This document shows positions 31,628 through 40,133 of a DNA stretch of 64,000 nt, in pieces. The position numbers and the translations under genes were made by a program. The notes under the pieces were generated by a model. That model worked only from the letters and a program-made list of their open reading frames with translations, was not told the origin of the DNA and searched no databases. This DNA comes from Candidatus Eiseniibacteriota bacterium (GTDB lineage Bacteria > Eisenbacteria > RBG-16-71-46 > CAVPCR01). How positions within the stretch are numbered: the stretch's first letter is position 1; every line of letters begins with the position of its first letter. The DNA lies in assembly GCA_963702435.1 (NCBI GenBank), contig CAVPCR010000004.1:512001-576000 (forward strand), read 5' to 3'.

Positions 31628-32947
31628 ATGAGCACCGAAGTCGTCATGCCCCAGATGGGGGAGAGCGTAGCCGAGGGCACGATCACCAAGTGGCTCAAGA
31701 AGCTCGGTGATCCGATCAAGCGCGACGAGCCGCTGTTCGAAATATCGACCGACAAGGTGGACGCCGAGATCCCGGCGCCCGCCGACGGCGTCCTCCTCGA
31801 GATCGTGCACGGGGAAGGCGAGACCGTGGAAGTGAACGCAGTCGTCGCGCGGATCGGCGCGGCCGGCGAGAAGGCGGCGCCCGCGGCACCCGCGGCGGGA
31901 GCACCCGCGCCTGCCGCGACGTCGGCCCCCGCGGCGCCCGCGCCCGCTGCGGCGCCCGCGCCCGCTGCGGCCTCTGTCCCGGCGTTCGCGGCGCCGCCCG
32001 TCGCCCGCGGCGAGGCGACGGCCGATGACCTCCGCCGCACGCGCTCGACCCCGATCGTCCGCCGCATCGCGGCCGAGCACGGGATCGAGATCGGCCAGGT
32101 CCAGGGCACCGGCATCGCGGGCCGCGTGACCAAACAGGACATCCTCGGCTTCATCGATCGCGGCGGCGCCCGCGCGGCGGCGCCCGCCGCGCCCGCGCCC
32201 GGCATGGCCCCGCCGCCGGCCTTTCGCCCCGGCGAGCGCGTGCACGTCGAGGCGATGAGCGTCATGCGCCAGAAGATCGCCGAGCACATGATCATGAGCC
32301 GGCGCACCTCGGCGCACGTGACCACGGTCTTCGAGATGGACATGACCGCGATCGAGGCGCTCCGCCAGGAGCACAAGGATCGCTTCCTCGCCGCGACGGG
32401 GGTCAAGCTCTCGATCACCGCGTTCATCGCCAAGGCGGTGGTGGATGCGCTCCGGGCCTACCCGATCGCCAACGCGTCGGTGGACGGCAAGAACGTCGTC
32501 TACAAGAAGGATGTGAATCTCGGCATCGCGGTCGCTCTCGACTGGGGGCTCATCGTTCCGGTGGTCAAGAACGCCGAGGAGAAGAGCCTGACCGGGCTCG
32601 CCCGCGCCATCACCGATCTCGCCACGCGGGCGCGCGAGAAGAAGCTCTCGCCCGACGAGGTGCAGGGCGGCACGTTCACGATCACGAACCCGGGCGTCTT
32701 CGGGAGCCTCTTCGGCACGCCGATCATCAACCAGCCGCAGGTCGCGATCCTCGGCGTGGGCGCGGTGGTCAAGCGGCCCATGGTGGTGAGCACGGCGGGC
32801 GGCGGCGACGCGATCGGCATCCGCTCGATGTGCTACATGGGGCTCACGTTCGATCACCGGCTGCTCGACGGGATGATCGGCGATTTCTTCATGTCGCACG
32901 TGAAGAGGAGCCTCGAGCAGCCGGTCGTGCCCGAGCTCGGCGGCTAG
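31628..32947 (+). CDS. sucB: Dihydrolipoamide acyltransferase (E2, SucB-like)
   Basis: Lipoyl domain ISTDKVDAE, Ala/Pro linker, E3-binding GTGIAGRVTKQD and catalytic FDHRLLDG. Confidence 0.88.
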   Translation: MSTEVVMPQMGESVAEGTITKWLKKLGDPIKRDEPLFEISTDKVDAEIPAPADGVLLEIVHGEGETVEVNAVVARIGAAGEKAAPAAPAAGAPAPAATSAPAAPAPAAAPAPAAASVPAFAAPPVARGEATADDLRRTRSTPIVRRIAAEHGIEIGQVQGTGIAGRVTKQDILGFIDRGGARAAAPAAPAPGMAPPPAFRPGERVHVEAMSVMRQKIAEHMIMSRRTSAHVTTVFEMDMTAIEALRQEHKDRFLAATGVKLSITAFIAKAVVDALRAYPIANASVDGKNVVYKKDVNLGIAVALDWGLIVPVVKNAEEKSLTGLARAITDLATRAREKKLSPDEVQGGTFTITNPGVFGSLFGTPIINQPQVAILGVGAVVKRPMVVSTAGGGDAIGIRSMCYMGLTFDHRLLDGMIGDFFMSHVKRSLEQPVVPELGG

Positions 32948-33001
32948 GGCCGGCGCGGCGGGGACCCGGCGCCGGCGCCGGCCGCAAGGGAGTAGCGCCG
33001 C

Positions 33002-34003
33002 ATGAGCATGGCGACATCGCTCGCGATCATCACCGAGAGCGACCGCATGCGGCAGATCCTCGCCCGCGCGCGCACGATCGCCGCCTCCGACGGCTCGGTG
33101 CTCCTGATCGGCGAGACCGGGGTCGGCAAGGAGCTCTTCGCCGACTACATCCATCAGGCGAGCCCGCGCGCGGCGGGGCCGCTGGTCAAGGTGGCGCTCT
33201 CCGCCATGCCGCACGAGCTCCTCGAGAGCGAGCTCTTCGGCCACGAACGCGGCGCCTACACCCATGCCGTGAGCCAGAAGAAGGGGCTCTTCGAGCTTGC
33301 GCACAAGGGGTCGCTTTTTCTCGACGACATCGACGACGTGCCGCCCGCGATCCAGCCCAAGCTCCTCCGCGTGCTTGAATCGCGCGAGGTGATGCGGATC
33401 GGCGGCACCGCGCCGATCCCGATCGATGTCCGCCTGATCACCGCCTCCAAGATCGATCTCAAGGACCTGGTCGGGCGCGGGCTCTTCCGCACCGATCTCT
33501 TCTACCGGATCAACGTGGTGCCGGTCGAGATCCCGCCGCTCCGCGAGCGGCCGGAGGACATCCCGGTCCTCGTCGCGCACTTCCTCCGTCGCTTCGCCCA
33601 GGAGAAGGAGCTCGCAGTGGCTCCGGCGGCGCTCCGCGCCCTCGTCACCTATCCGTGGCCGGGGAACGTGCGGGAGCTCCGGAACGTCGTGCAGCGGATC
33701 GGTCTCTTCGCGGAGGGCGAGGTGCGCCTCGAGGACCTGCCGCCCGAGATCCACCACGGCGATCCCATGCACAACCTCGCGCAGGCCTGCGCGCGCTGCT
33801 TTGCCGACGAATCGATGTCGTTCAACGAGGTCGTGTCGTGCCTCGAGCAGAACCTCTTGCGCCAGGCGCTCAAGGAGGCGGCGGGAAACCGCACGCACGC
33901 CGCCAAGCTTCTCGGACTCAACCTGTCGACGCTCCGCGACAAGCTCAAGAAGTACGGTCTCGAGAGCGAGGGTGGGGCGGACGACCAGGGAGATGCGACA
34001 TGA
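33002..34003 (+). CDS. Sigma54-interaction AAA+ regulator with Fis-type HTH and no N-terminal sensor domain
   Basis: GETGVGKE, ESELFGHERGAYTHA, FLDDID, FRTDLFYRI, WPGNVRELRN and GNRTHAAKLLG. Confidence 0.92.
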   Translation: MSMATSLAIITESDRMRQILARARTIAASDGSVLLIGETGVGKELFADYIHQASPRAAGPLVKVALSAMPHELLESELFGHERGAYTHAVSQKKGLFELAHKGSLFLDDIDDVPPAIQPKLLRVLESREVMRIGGTAPIPIDVRLITASKIDLKDLVGRGLFRTDLFYRINVVPVEIPPLRERPEDIPVLVAHFLRRFAQEKELAVAPAALRALVTYPWPGNVRELRNVVQRIGLFAEGEVRLEDLPPEIHHGDPMHNLAQACARCFADESMSFNEVVSCLEQNLLRQALKEAAGNRTHAAKLLGLNLSTLRDKLKKYGLESEGGADDQGDAT

Positions 34004-34581
34004 TCCGCGCTCTCATTGTCCTTGTCGCCTGTCTGCTGCTGCCGCCGGTGGCCGCTCGTGCCGAAGCGACGGCGCCCGCCGCCGCCGACTCGCTTGCGCC
34101 CGCCGCGCCGCCGGCGCCGGTGAAGAAAGCCGGCCCGAAGAAGATCTACTACGGCGGGAGCATCGGGCTCATCTTCGGCGATTACACGAGCGTGAGCATC
34201 GAGCCGATGGTCGGCTACAACGTGACGCCCAGGTTCTCGGCCGGCGGGCGGGTGAGCTACGAGTACGTGCGCGACAATCGCTACACGGAGACTCACAGCT
34301 CGAACAACTACGGCTTCAGCACGTTCGGCCGCTACCGGTTCATCCCGGAGCTCTACGGCCACGCCGAGTTCGCGGCCACCAACTACGACCTTCATTACAC
34401 TGACGGGACGAGCGAGCGGGACTGGGTACCCTTCCTCTACCTGGGCGGCGGCTACACGCAGCGGATCGCGAAGAACGTCTCGGCCTACGCCGAGATCCTG
34501 GTCGACGTCTGGCAGGATGACCACTCGCCGTACCAGGACTGGGCCCCGCAGTACAGCTTCGGGATCGGCGTCGGGTTCTAG
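34000..34581 (+). CDS. Putative outer-membrane beta-barrel protein
   Basis: Signal peptide MIRALIVLVACLLLPPVAARA, alternating aromatic strands and C-terminal YSFGIGVGF; ATGA overlap with the regulator. Confidence 0.75.
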   Translation: MIRALIVLVACLLLPPVAARAEATAPAAADSLAPAAPPAPVKKAGPKKIYYGGSIGLIFGDYTSVSIEPMVGYNVTPRFSAGGRVSYEYVRDNRYTETHSSNNYGFSTFGRYRFIPELYGHAEFAATNYDLHYTDGTSERDWVPFLYLGGGYTQRIAKNVSAYAEILVDVWQDDHSPYQDWAPQYSFGIGVGF

Positions 34582-34617
34582 CGCGCTCTCGCGACCTTCC
34601 TCTGCTCCGCCTCGTGA

Positions 34618-34729
34618 CGGGAATCCGCCGGCCGATCGGGGGATTCCCGCAGTCCACCCGCCGCCCGCCGCCCGTAAGTCCCGCTCGTTGCATCGCCCGC
34701 CGGCCCCCGCGGCCGGGCACGCGATATGC
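34618..34729 (+). promoter_or_regulatory. Putative sigma54 (-24/-12) promoter of the hydrogenase operon with upstream inverted repeat
   Basis: GGGCAC-GCGAT-ATGC (GG-N10-GC at 34716-34729); CGGGAATCC-N14-GGATTCCCG at 34618-34649. Confidence 0.6.
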
Positions 34730-34777
34730 CTTCTCCCTTCGCGTCACGGATGCACGTGGGCCGCGGGAGGCAAGGGA

Positions 34778-34999
34778 ATGCACATCGAGCCGGGACCGCC
34801 GCAGGCGCTGTCGCTGCGCGGAGAAGTGGTCGAGATCCTCGATCGCGACGGGCAGCGGCGGGTCAAGGTGGCGGTTGCCGCCGGGACCATCCTCGACCTC
34901 GCGCTCGCGCCTCTTCCCGATGTCCACCTCGGCGACCGCGTGCTGATCGGCGTCTCCCTGCGCATCGAGCGCCTCGCTCCGGACCTCGAGACGAACTGA
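34778..34999 (+). CDS. Small HypC/HupF-like OB-fold protein lacking the N-terminal Cys
   Basis: LRGEVVEI...VKV...LPDVHLGDRVLIGV parallels the HypC pattern GKIxxV...[15 protein letters not shown]; purine-rich RBS. Confidence 0.55.
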   Translation: MHIEPGPPQALSLRGEVVEILDRDGQRRVKVAVAAGTILDLALAPLPDVHLGDRVLIGVSLRIERLAPDLETN

Positions 35000-35012
35000 A
35001 GGAGGAGTGCAG

Positions 35013-36140
35013 ATGAAAGACCGGGCGCTGACCATCTGGGAGGCGGCGCGCGAGCGCGGCTATTCCCGGCGCGATTTCCTCGAGTTCTGCGGCTGGATCG
35101 CCGCAGCCGCCGGGGTCGAGGCCACGGGTCTCGCGCGCGTCGTGCACGCGCTCGAGACCAAGCCCCGCCTGCCGGTGGTCTGGTTCCACTTCCAGGAATG
35201 CACCTGCTGCAGCGAGTCGTTCATCCGCTCCTCCCATCCCATCGTCTCCGACATCGTGCTCGACAAGATCTCGCTCGATTACACCGAGACCCTGCAGGCG
35301 GCCGCCGGCAAGCAGGCCGAGGAAGCGCTGCACGCGACGATGACCAAGTACAAGGGCGAGTACCTGATGCTGGTCGAGGGCTCGGTGCCGACAGCGGCCG
35401 GCGGCGTCTACTGCACGATTGCCGGGCGCACCGCCCAGGACATCGTGATCGAGGCGGCGGCCGGCGCCAAGGCGGTCATCGCCTGGGGGAGCTGCGCCTC
35501 GAACGGCTGCATCCAGGCTGCGGCGCCGAACCCGACCGGCGCCACCCCGGTGAAGGACGTGATCTCGGGGGTCCCGGTCATCAACGTGCCGGGCTGCCCG
35601 CCGATCGCCGAGGTGATGGCGGGGACGGTGGTCCACCTCCTCGCCTTCGAGCGGATCCCGCAGCTCGATGGGCTCGGCCGGCCCAAGGCTTTCTACTCGC
35701 GCCGCGTGCACGACACCTGCTACCGGCGCCCCAACTATGATGCCGGGCTCTTCGTCGAGTCGTTCGACGATGAGAATGCGAAGCGCGGATTCTGCCTCTA
35801 CAAGATGGGCTGCCGCGGCCCGGTCACCTACAACGCCTGCGGCGTCACCCGCTGGAACAACGGGGTCAGCTTCCCCATCCAGTCGGGCCACGGCTGCATC
35901 GGGTGCAGCGAGGCCAAGTTCTGGGACAACGGCCCCTTCTACCGGCACCTGGCCGCCTTCCCCGGCTTCGGCATCGAGACCACGGCTGACACGGTGGGGG
36001 TCGCGGTCGGCGCGGCCACCCTCGCCGGCATCGCCGCCCACGCCGTGACCACCAACATCCGGAAGCGGAAGATCATCGCCGAGGGCATCCAGTCGAGCAC
36101 GAAGCCCGGCTCGCCCGGCTCCGATGAAGGAGGTGCATGA
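35013..36140 (+). CDS. hyaA: Group 1d [NiFe]-hydrogenase small subunit (Tat-exported, [4Fe-3S] type)
   Basis: Tat motif SRRDFL, ECTCCSES, GSCASNGC, PGCPP, HDTCYRR, CLYKMGC and GHGCIGC; C-terminal TM anchor. Confidence 0.96.
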   Translation: MKDRALTIWEAARERGYSRRDFLEFCGWIAAAAGVEATGLARVVHALETKPRLPVVWFHFQECTCCSESFIRSSHPIVSDIVLDKISLDYTETLQAAAGKQAEEALHATMTKYKGEYLMLVEGSVPTAAGGVYCTIAGRTAQDIVIEAAAGAKAVIAWGSCASNGCIQAAAPNPTGATPVKDVISGVPVINVPGCPPIAEVMAGTVVHLLAFERIPQLDGLGRPKAFYSRRVHDTCYRRPNYDAGLFVESFDDENAKRGFCLYKMGCRGPVTYNACGVTRWNNGVSFPIQSGHGCIGCSEAKFWDNGPFYRHLAAFPGFGIETTADTVGVAVGAATLAGIAAHAVTTNIRKRKIIAEGIQSSTKPGSPGSDEGGA

Positions 36141-37855
36141 TGGCCCGCATCGTCGTCGATCCGGTGACGCGCATCGAAGGCCACCTGCGCGTCGAGATCG
36201 AGGTCCAGAACGGCCGGATCGTGGATGCCTACAGCTCGGGCACCATGGTGCGCGGCTTCGAGCTGATCTTGAAGGGACGCGACCCGCGGGACGCCTGGGC
36301 CTTCACCGAGCGCGCCTGCGGCGTGTGCACCACCGTGCACGCGCTCGCCTCGGTGCGCACGGTCGAGGACGCGCTCGGGATCGTGGTGCCCCCGAACGCC
36401 GAGCTGGTGCGGAACCTGATGTTCTGCGCCCAGTATCTACAAGATCACGTGGTCCACTTCTACCACCTGCACGCGCTCGACTGGGTGGACGTGGTGAGCG
36501 CCTTGAAGGCGGACCCGCAGAAGACCTCAGAGATCGCGCAGTCGATCTCGAACTGGCCAAAGAGCTCGCCGCGCTACTTCGCCGACGTGCAGGCGCGGCT
36601 CAAGAAGTTCGTCGAGAGCGGCCAGCTCGGGATCTTCGCCAACGCCTACTGGGGACACCCCGCCTACAAGCTCCCGGCCGAGGTCAACCTGCTCGGCACC
36701 GCGCACTACCTCGAGGCGCTCGAGTGGCAGAAGGAGATCGTCAAGGTCCACACCATCTTCGGCGGGAAGAACCCGCATCCGAACTACCTCGTGGGCGGGG
36801 CGCCGTGCTCGGTCAACATCGACGAGGCGAACGCGATCAACGCCGAGCGCCTGTCCATGGTCGGACAGCTGTTCGATGACGCCGCCGCGTTCGTGAACCA
36901 GGTCTACATCCCGGATCTCCTCGCCGTTGCTTCCTTCTACAAGGACTGGGCGGCGGTCGGCGGCGGGCTCTCGAACTACCTGGCCTACGGCGACCTGCCG
37001 ACGCACGGCTACCACGACGTGGGCAAGTTCAAGTTCCCGCGCGGCGCGATCCTCGACCGCAACCTCGCCGAGGTCCTGCCGGTGGACGGCAGGAACGCCG
37101 AGGAGGTGCAGGAGTCGATCGTCCACTCCTGGTACGAGTACGGAGACGGCGATGACAAGGCGAAGCACCCGTGGGAGGGCGAGACGCGCCTCAACTACAC
37201 GGGTCCCAAGCCGCCGTACGAGCAGCTCGAGGTCGAGAAGAAGTACAGCTGGCTCAAGACGCCGCGCTGGAAGGGGCATCCGATGGAGGTCGGCCCGCTG
37301 GCGCGGCTCCTCGTCGGCTACGCCGCCGGAAGCCAGGAGATCCAGGAGGTGGTCAACTCGGCCCTCAAGACCCTCGACGTGCCGGTCGCGGCGCTCTTCT
37401 CGACGCTCGGCCGCACGGCGGCCCGCGGCCTCGAGACCATCCTCATCGCGCGCTGGGCGAAGGAGTTCTACGGCGAGCTCCTCGCGAACATCAAGAACGG
37501 CGACACCCGGATGGCCAACCTCGAGAAGTGGGATCCGAAGTCCTGGCCGGCGGAGGCCAGGGGGGTCGGGATGACCGAGGCGCCGCGCGGGGCGCTCGCC
37601 CACTGGATCGTGATCAAGGACCAGAAGATCGACAACTACCAGCTCGTGGTGCCGAGCACGTGGAACGCCTCGCCGCGCGACCAGGCCGGGCAGCGCTCGG
37701 CCTACGAGGCGTCGCTGGTCGGCACTCCGGTGGCGAACGCCGAGCAGCCGGTCGAGGTGCTGCGCACGATCCACTCGTTCGATCCGTGCATCGCCTGCGC
37801 CGTGCATCTCCACGACGAGCACGGCGTGCACGTCCACCGGCTGAACGCGTTCTAG
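36137..37855 (+). CDS. hyaB: [NiFe]-hydrogenase large subunit
   Basis: DPVTRIEGH, L1 ERACGVC and L2 SFDPCIACAVH plus a cleavable tail (start 36137 or 36140). Confidence 0.97.
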   Translation: MMARIVVDPVTRIEGHLRVEIEVQNGRIVDAYSSGTMVRGFELILKGRDPRDAWAFTERACGVCTTVHALASVRTVEDALGIVVPPNAELVRNLMFCAQYLQDHVVHFYHLHALDWVDVVSALKADPQKTSEIAQSISNWPKSSPRYFADVQARLKKFVESGQLGIFANAYWGHPAYKLPAEVNLLGTAHYLEALEWQKEIVKVHTIFGGKNPHPNYLVGGAPCSVNIDEANAINAERLSMVGQLFDDAAAFVNQVYIPDLLAVASFYKDWAAVGGGLSNYLAYGDLPTHGYHDVGKFKFPRGAILDRNLAEVLPVDGRNAEEVQESIVHSWYEYGDGDDKAKHPWEGETRLNYTGPKPPYEQLEVEKKYSWLKTPRWKGHPMEVGPLARLLVGYAAGSQEIQEVVNSALKTLDVPVAALFSTLGRTAARGLETILIARWAKEFYGELLANIKNGDTRMANLEKWDPKSWPAEARGVGMTEAPRGALAHWIVIKDQKIDNYQLVVPSTWNASPRDQAGQRSAYEASLVGTPVANAEQPVEVLRTIHSFDPCIACAVHLHDEHGVHVHRLNAF

Positions 37856-37867
37856 GAGGTGACGGCA

Positions 37868-38548
37868 ATGAACGGGGCGATGACGATCCAGCGCGTCTAC
37901 GTCTGGCAGCTGCCGGTCCGCTTCTACCACTGGGTGAACGCGGCCTGCGTGGCGGGGCTCGCGGCCACGGGCTACATCATCGGGAAACCGCTGATCATGC
38001 AGATCGGCGGGGAGGCGTCGGCGAGCTACTGGTTCGGGACCGTGCGGTTCATCCACTTCCTCGCGGCCTTCGTCTTCTTCTTCAACTTCCTCATCCGCAT
38101 CTACTGGGGCTTCGTCGGGAACGAGTTCGCCCGCTGGCACCAGTTCATCCCGCACCGGAAGGAGCAGTTCGCCGAGATCGGCGAAGTGCTGAAGGTGGAT
38201 ATCCTGCAATCCAAGGTGGCGCCGATCGAATCGATCGGCCACAACGCGCTGGCCGGGTTCACCTACTTCCTGACCTTCCTCGCCTTCGTCTTCCAGTCGA
38301 TCACCGGTTTCGGGATGTATGCCGCGATGAGCGACGCCTGGCTCCCGAACCGCTTCGCCTGGATCGTGCCGCTCCTGGGCGGGGATTTCGCCGTGCGCCA
38401 GTGGCACCATTTGATGATGTGGTTCTTCATCGTCTTCTCGATGGTGCATGTCTACCTGGTCTTCTACCACGACTACGTGGAGGGCCGCGGGGTCATCTCC
38501 TCGATGGCAGGGGGCTGGAAGTTCATCGAGCGGCGGGTGCGGAGGTAG
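37868..38548 (+). CDS. hyaC: Ni/Fe-hydrogenase b-type cytochrome subunit
   Basis: VWQLPVRFYHW, RFIHF, GHNALA and HHLMMW...HVY. Confidence 0.95.
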   Translation: MNGAMTIQRVYVWQLPVRFYHWVNAACVAGLAATGYIIGKPLIMQIGGEASASYWFGTVRFIHFLAAFVFFFNFLIRIYWGFVGNEFARWHQFIPHRKEQFAEIGEVLKVDILQSKVAPIESIGHNALAGFTYFLTFLAFVFQSITGFGMYAAMSDAWLPNRFAWIVPLLGGDFAVRQWHHLMMWFFIVFSMVHVYLVFYHDYVEGRGVISSMAGGWKFIERRVRR

Positions 38549-38571
38549 GGCCGGCCCTCTGGCGGGAAGCG

Positions 38572-38605
38572 CGAGGCCCCGGCGGGGCGATCCGCCGGGG
38601 CCTCG
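38572..38605. terminator. 14-bp perfect hairpin between convergent genes (probable bidirectional terminator)
   Basis: CGAGGCCCCGGCGG-GGCGAT-CCGCCGGGGCCTCG. Confidence 0.65.
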
Positions 38606-38619
38606 ATTTGAGTCCTCGC

Positions 38620-39120
38620 TTACCTGGCGTCCATGTTCCACATGTCGTGGACGGCCTTCCACGTCCCGTCCTTCTCGAGCTTCCAGGTGCACAGGTACTT
38701 GCCGATCTCCTTGACCGTCTTGCCGTCGGGGCCTTTGTACGACGCTTCATAGGTGCCGGCCGTGAAGCCGAGCTCGCCGCTAGCGGACACCTCGGCGTGG
38801 AGCGTCTTCCACGAGATCGAGAAGGAGGGCTCCGCAAAGTACGCGGCCCACACCTTCTGCGCGGCGACGCGGCCGACCGCGACGGGCTCGTTCGGCGGAT
38901 AGGCGATCGCATTCTCGGCATAGAACGACGCCACGCGCTCGGCGTCGCGCGTCGCGGCCGCGGCCGACCAGTCGTCGTCGAGCTTGATCAACATCTTGGC
39001 CTTCGCGTCCTTGCTCTCATCGGCCCCGGCGAACGCCGGCGTGAGGATCGCCGACACGGTGGCGGCGGCGAGTGCGACGAAAAGGACCGGGACACGAATA
39101 CGCTTCGGAAGACCGTTCAT
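38620..39120 (-). CDS. Secreted DUF4440/NTF2-like (SnoaL-fold) protein
   Basis: Signal peptide; FYAENA, SGELGFTAGTY and GKYLCTWK...DGTWKAVHDMWN. Confidence 0.85.
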   Translation of the reverse strand: MNGLPKRIRVPVLFVALAAATVSAILTPAFAGADESKDAKAKMLIKLDDDWSAAAATRDAERVASFYAENAIAYPPNEPVAVGRVAAQKVWAAYFAEPSFSISWKTLHAEVSASGELGFTAGTYEASYKGPDGKTVKEIGKYLCTWKLEKDGTWKAVHDMWNMDAR

Positions 39121-39173
39121 GTTCGGGAAGCTCCTGGATGGGGGTAGGGGGCGGATGTGGCTTCGAGGACGGC

Positions 39174-39243
39174 ACTCTAGCACCGCCCGGGAGAGGAGCA
39201 CAACGCAGGGCACGATGCCGCCCGTGCCGCCCCATGCTAGAGT
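39174..39243. promoter_or_regulatory. Back-to-back extended -10 elements (TGCTAGAGT on each strand)
   Basis: ACTCTAGCA at 39174-39182 and TGCTAGAGT at 39235-39243, between the divergent DUF4440 gene and hyaD. Confidence 0.45.
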
Positions 39244-39289
39244 CGAGAGGCACGAGGGGGTCGCGGGCGGTCGTGTGAGGTCCCGGACG

Positions 39290-39787
39290 ATGAGCGGGCA
39301 GCGCATCCTGGTTCTCGGCATCGGCAATCTCCTGATGGGCGACGAGGGCGTCGGCGTCCACGCCGCGCGCCGCCTTGCCGCGGAGCCCCTGCCGCCCACT
39401 GTCGCGGTGGTGGACGGCGGAACGGGCGGGTTCCATCTCCTCTCGTACTTCCAGGACTACGATGTCCTGATCATGATCGATGCGGTGATGGACGCCCGGC
39501 CGCCGGGAACCCTGGGCGTGATCCGGCCGCGCTACGCGAGCGACTTCCCGCGCGCGCTCACCGCGCACGACATCGGGCTCCGCGACCTGGTCGAGTCGGC
39601 GGTGCTCGTCGGACCGCTGCCGCCCATCCATCTGGTGACCGTCTCGATCGGCGAGCTCTCGGGGCTCTCGCTCGAGCTCTCGCCGGCGGTCGCGGCGGCG
39701 CTGCCAGAGGTGAGCGCGGTGGTGCGCGAGCTCGTGGCGGCAGTGGGCGCCGGCGGAGTTGCGAAGGTGGCAGACGGCCATGCATGA
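39290..39787 (+). CDS. hyaD: Hydrogenase maturation protease
   Basis: LGIGNLLMGDEGVG, DGGTGG, IDAV and TAHDIG. Confidence 0.93.
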   Translation: MSGQRILVLGIGNLLMGDEGVGVHAARRLAAEPLPPTVAVVDGGTGGFHLLSYFQDYDVLIMIDAVMDARPPGTLGVIRPRYASDFPRALTAHDIGLRDLVESAVLVGPLPPIHLVTVSIGELSGLSLELSPAVAAALPEVSAVVRELVAAVGAGGVAKVADGHA

Positions 39788-40133
39788 GCTCTCGATCGCC
39801 CAGTCGATCCTCGACATCGTCGCGGATGCGGTGCCCGATCCCGGGAACCGGGCCCTGCTGCGCGTAGTGAAGGTCAAGGTGGGCAGGCTCTCGGGTGTGA
39901 TGCCCGAGGCGCTCGAGTTCTGCTTCGAGGCGCTGGTCACGGACACGCCGCTCGCCGCGGCGAGGCTCGCGATCGACGTGATCCCGATCCGCCTCGAGTG
40001 CGCGGATTGCAGCGCGGTCTCCACCGTCGAGGAGCTTGCCGGGGCGTGCCCGGCCTGCGGCGGGCGAGCGCGCGTCACGGCGGGCACCGAGCTCCAGGTG
40101 ACCGAGCTCGAATTGGCGGAGGCTTTGACATGA
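39780..40133 (+). CDS. hypA: Hydrogenase nickel metallochaperone
   Basis: MHELSIA; two CxxC motifs (CADC, CPAC). Confidence 0.95.
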   Translation: MHELSIAQSILDIVADAVPDPGNRALLRVVKVKVGRLSGVMPEALEFCFEALVTDTPLAAARLAIDVIPIRLECADCSAVSTVEELAGACPACGGRARVTAGTELQVTELELAEALT

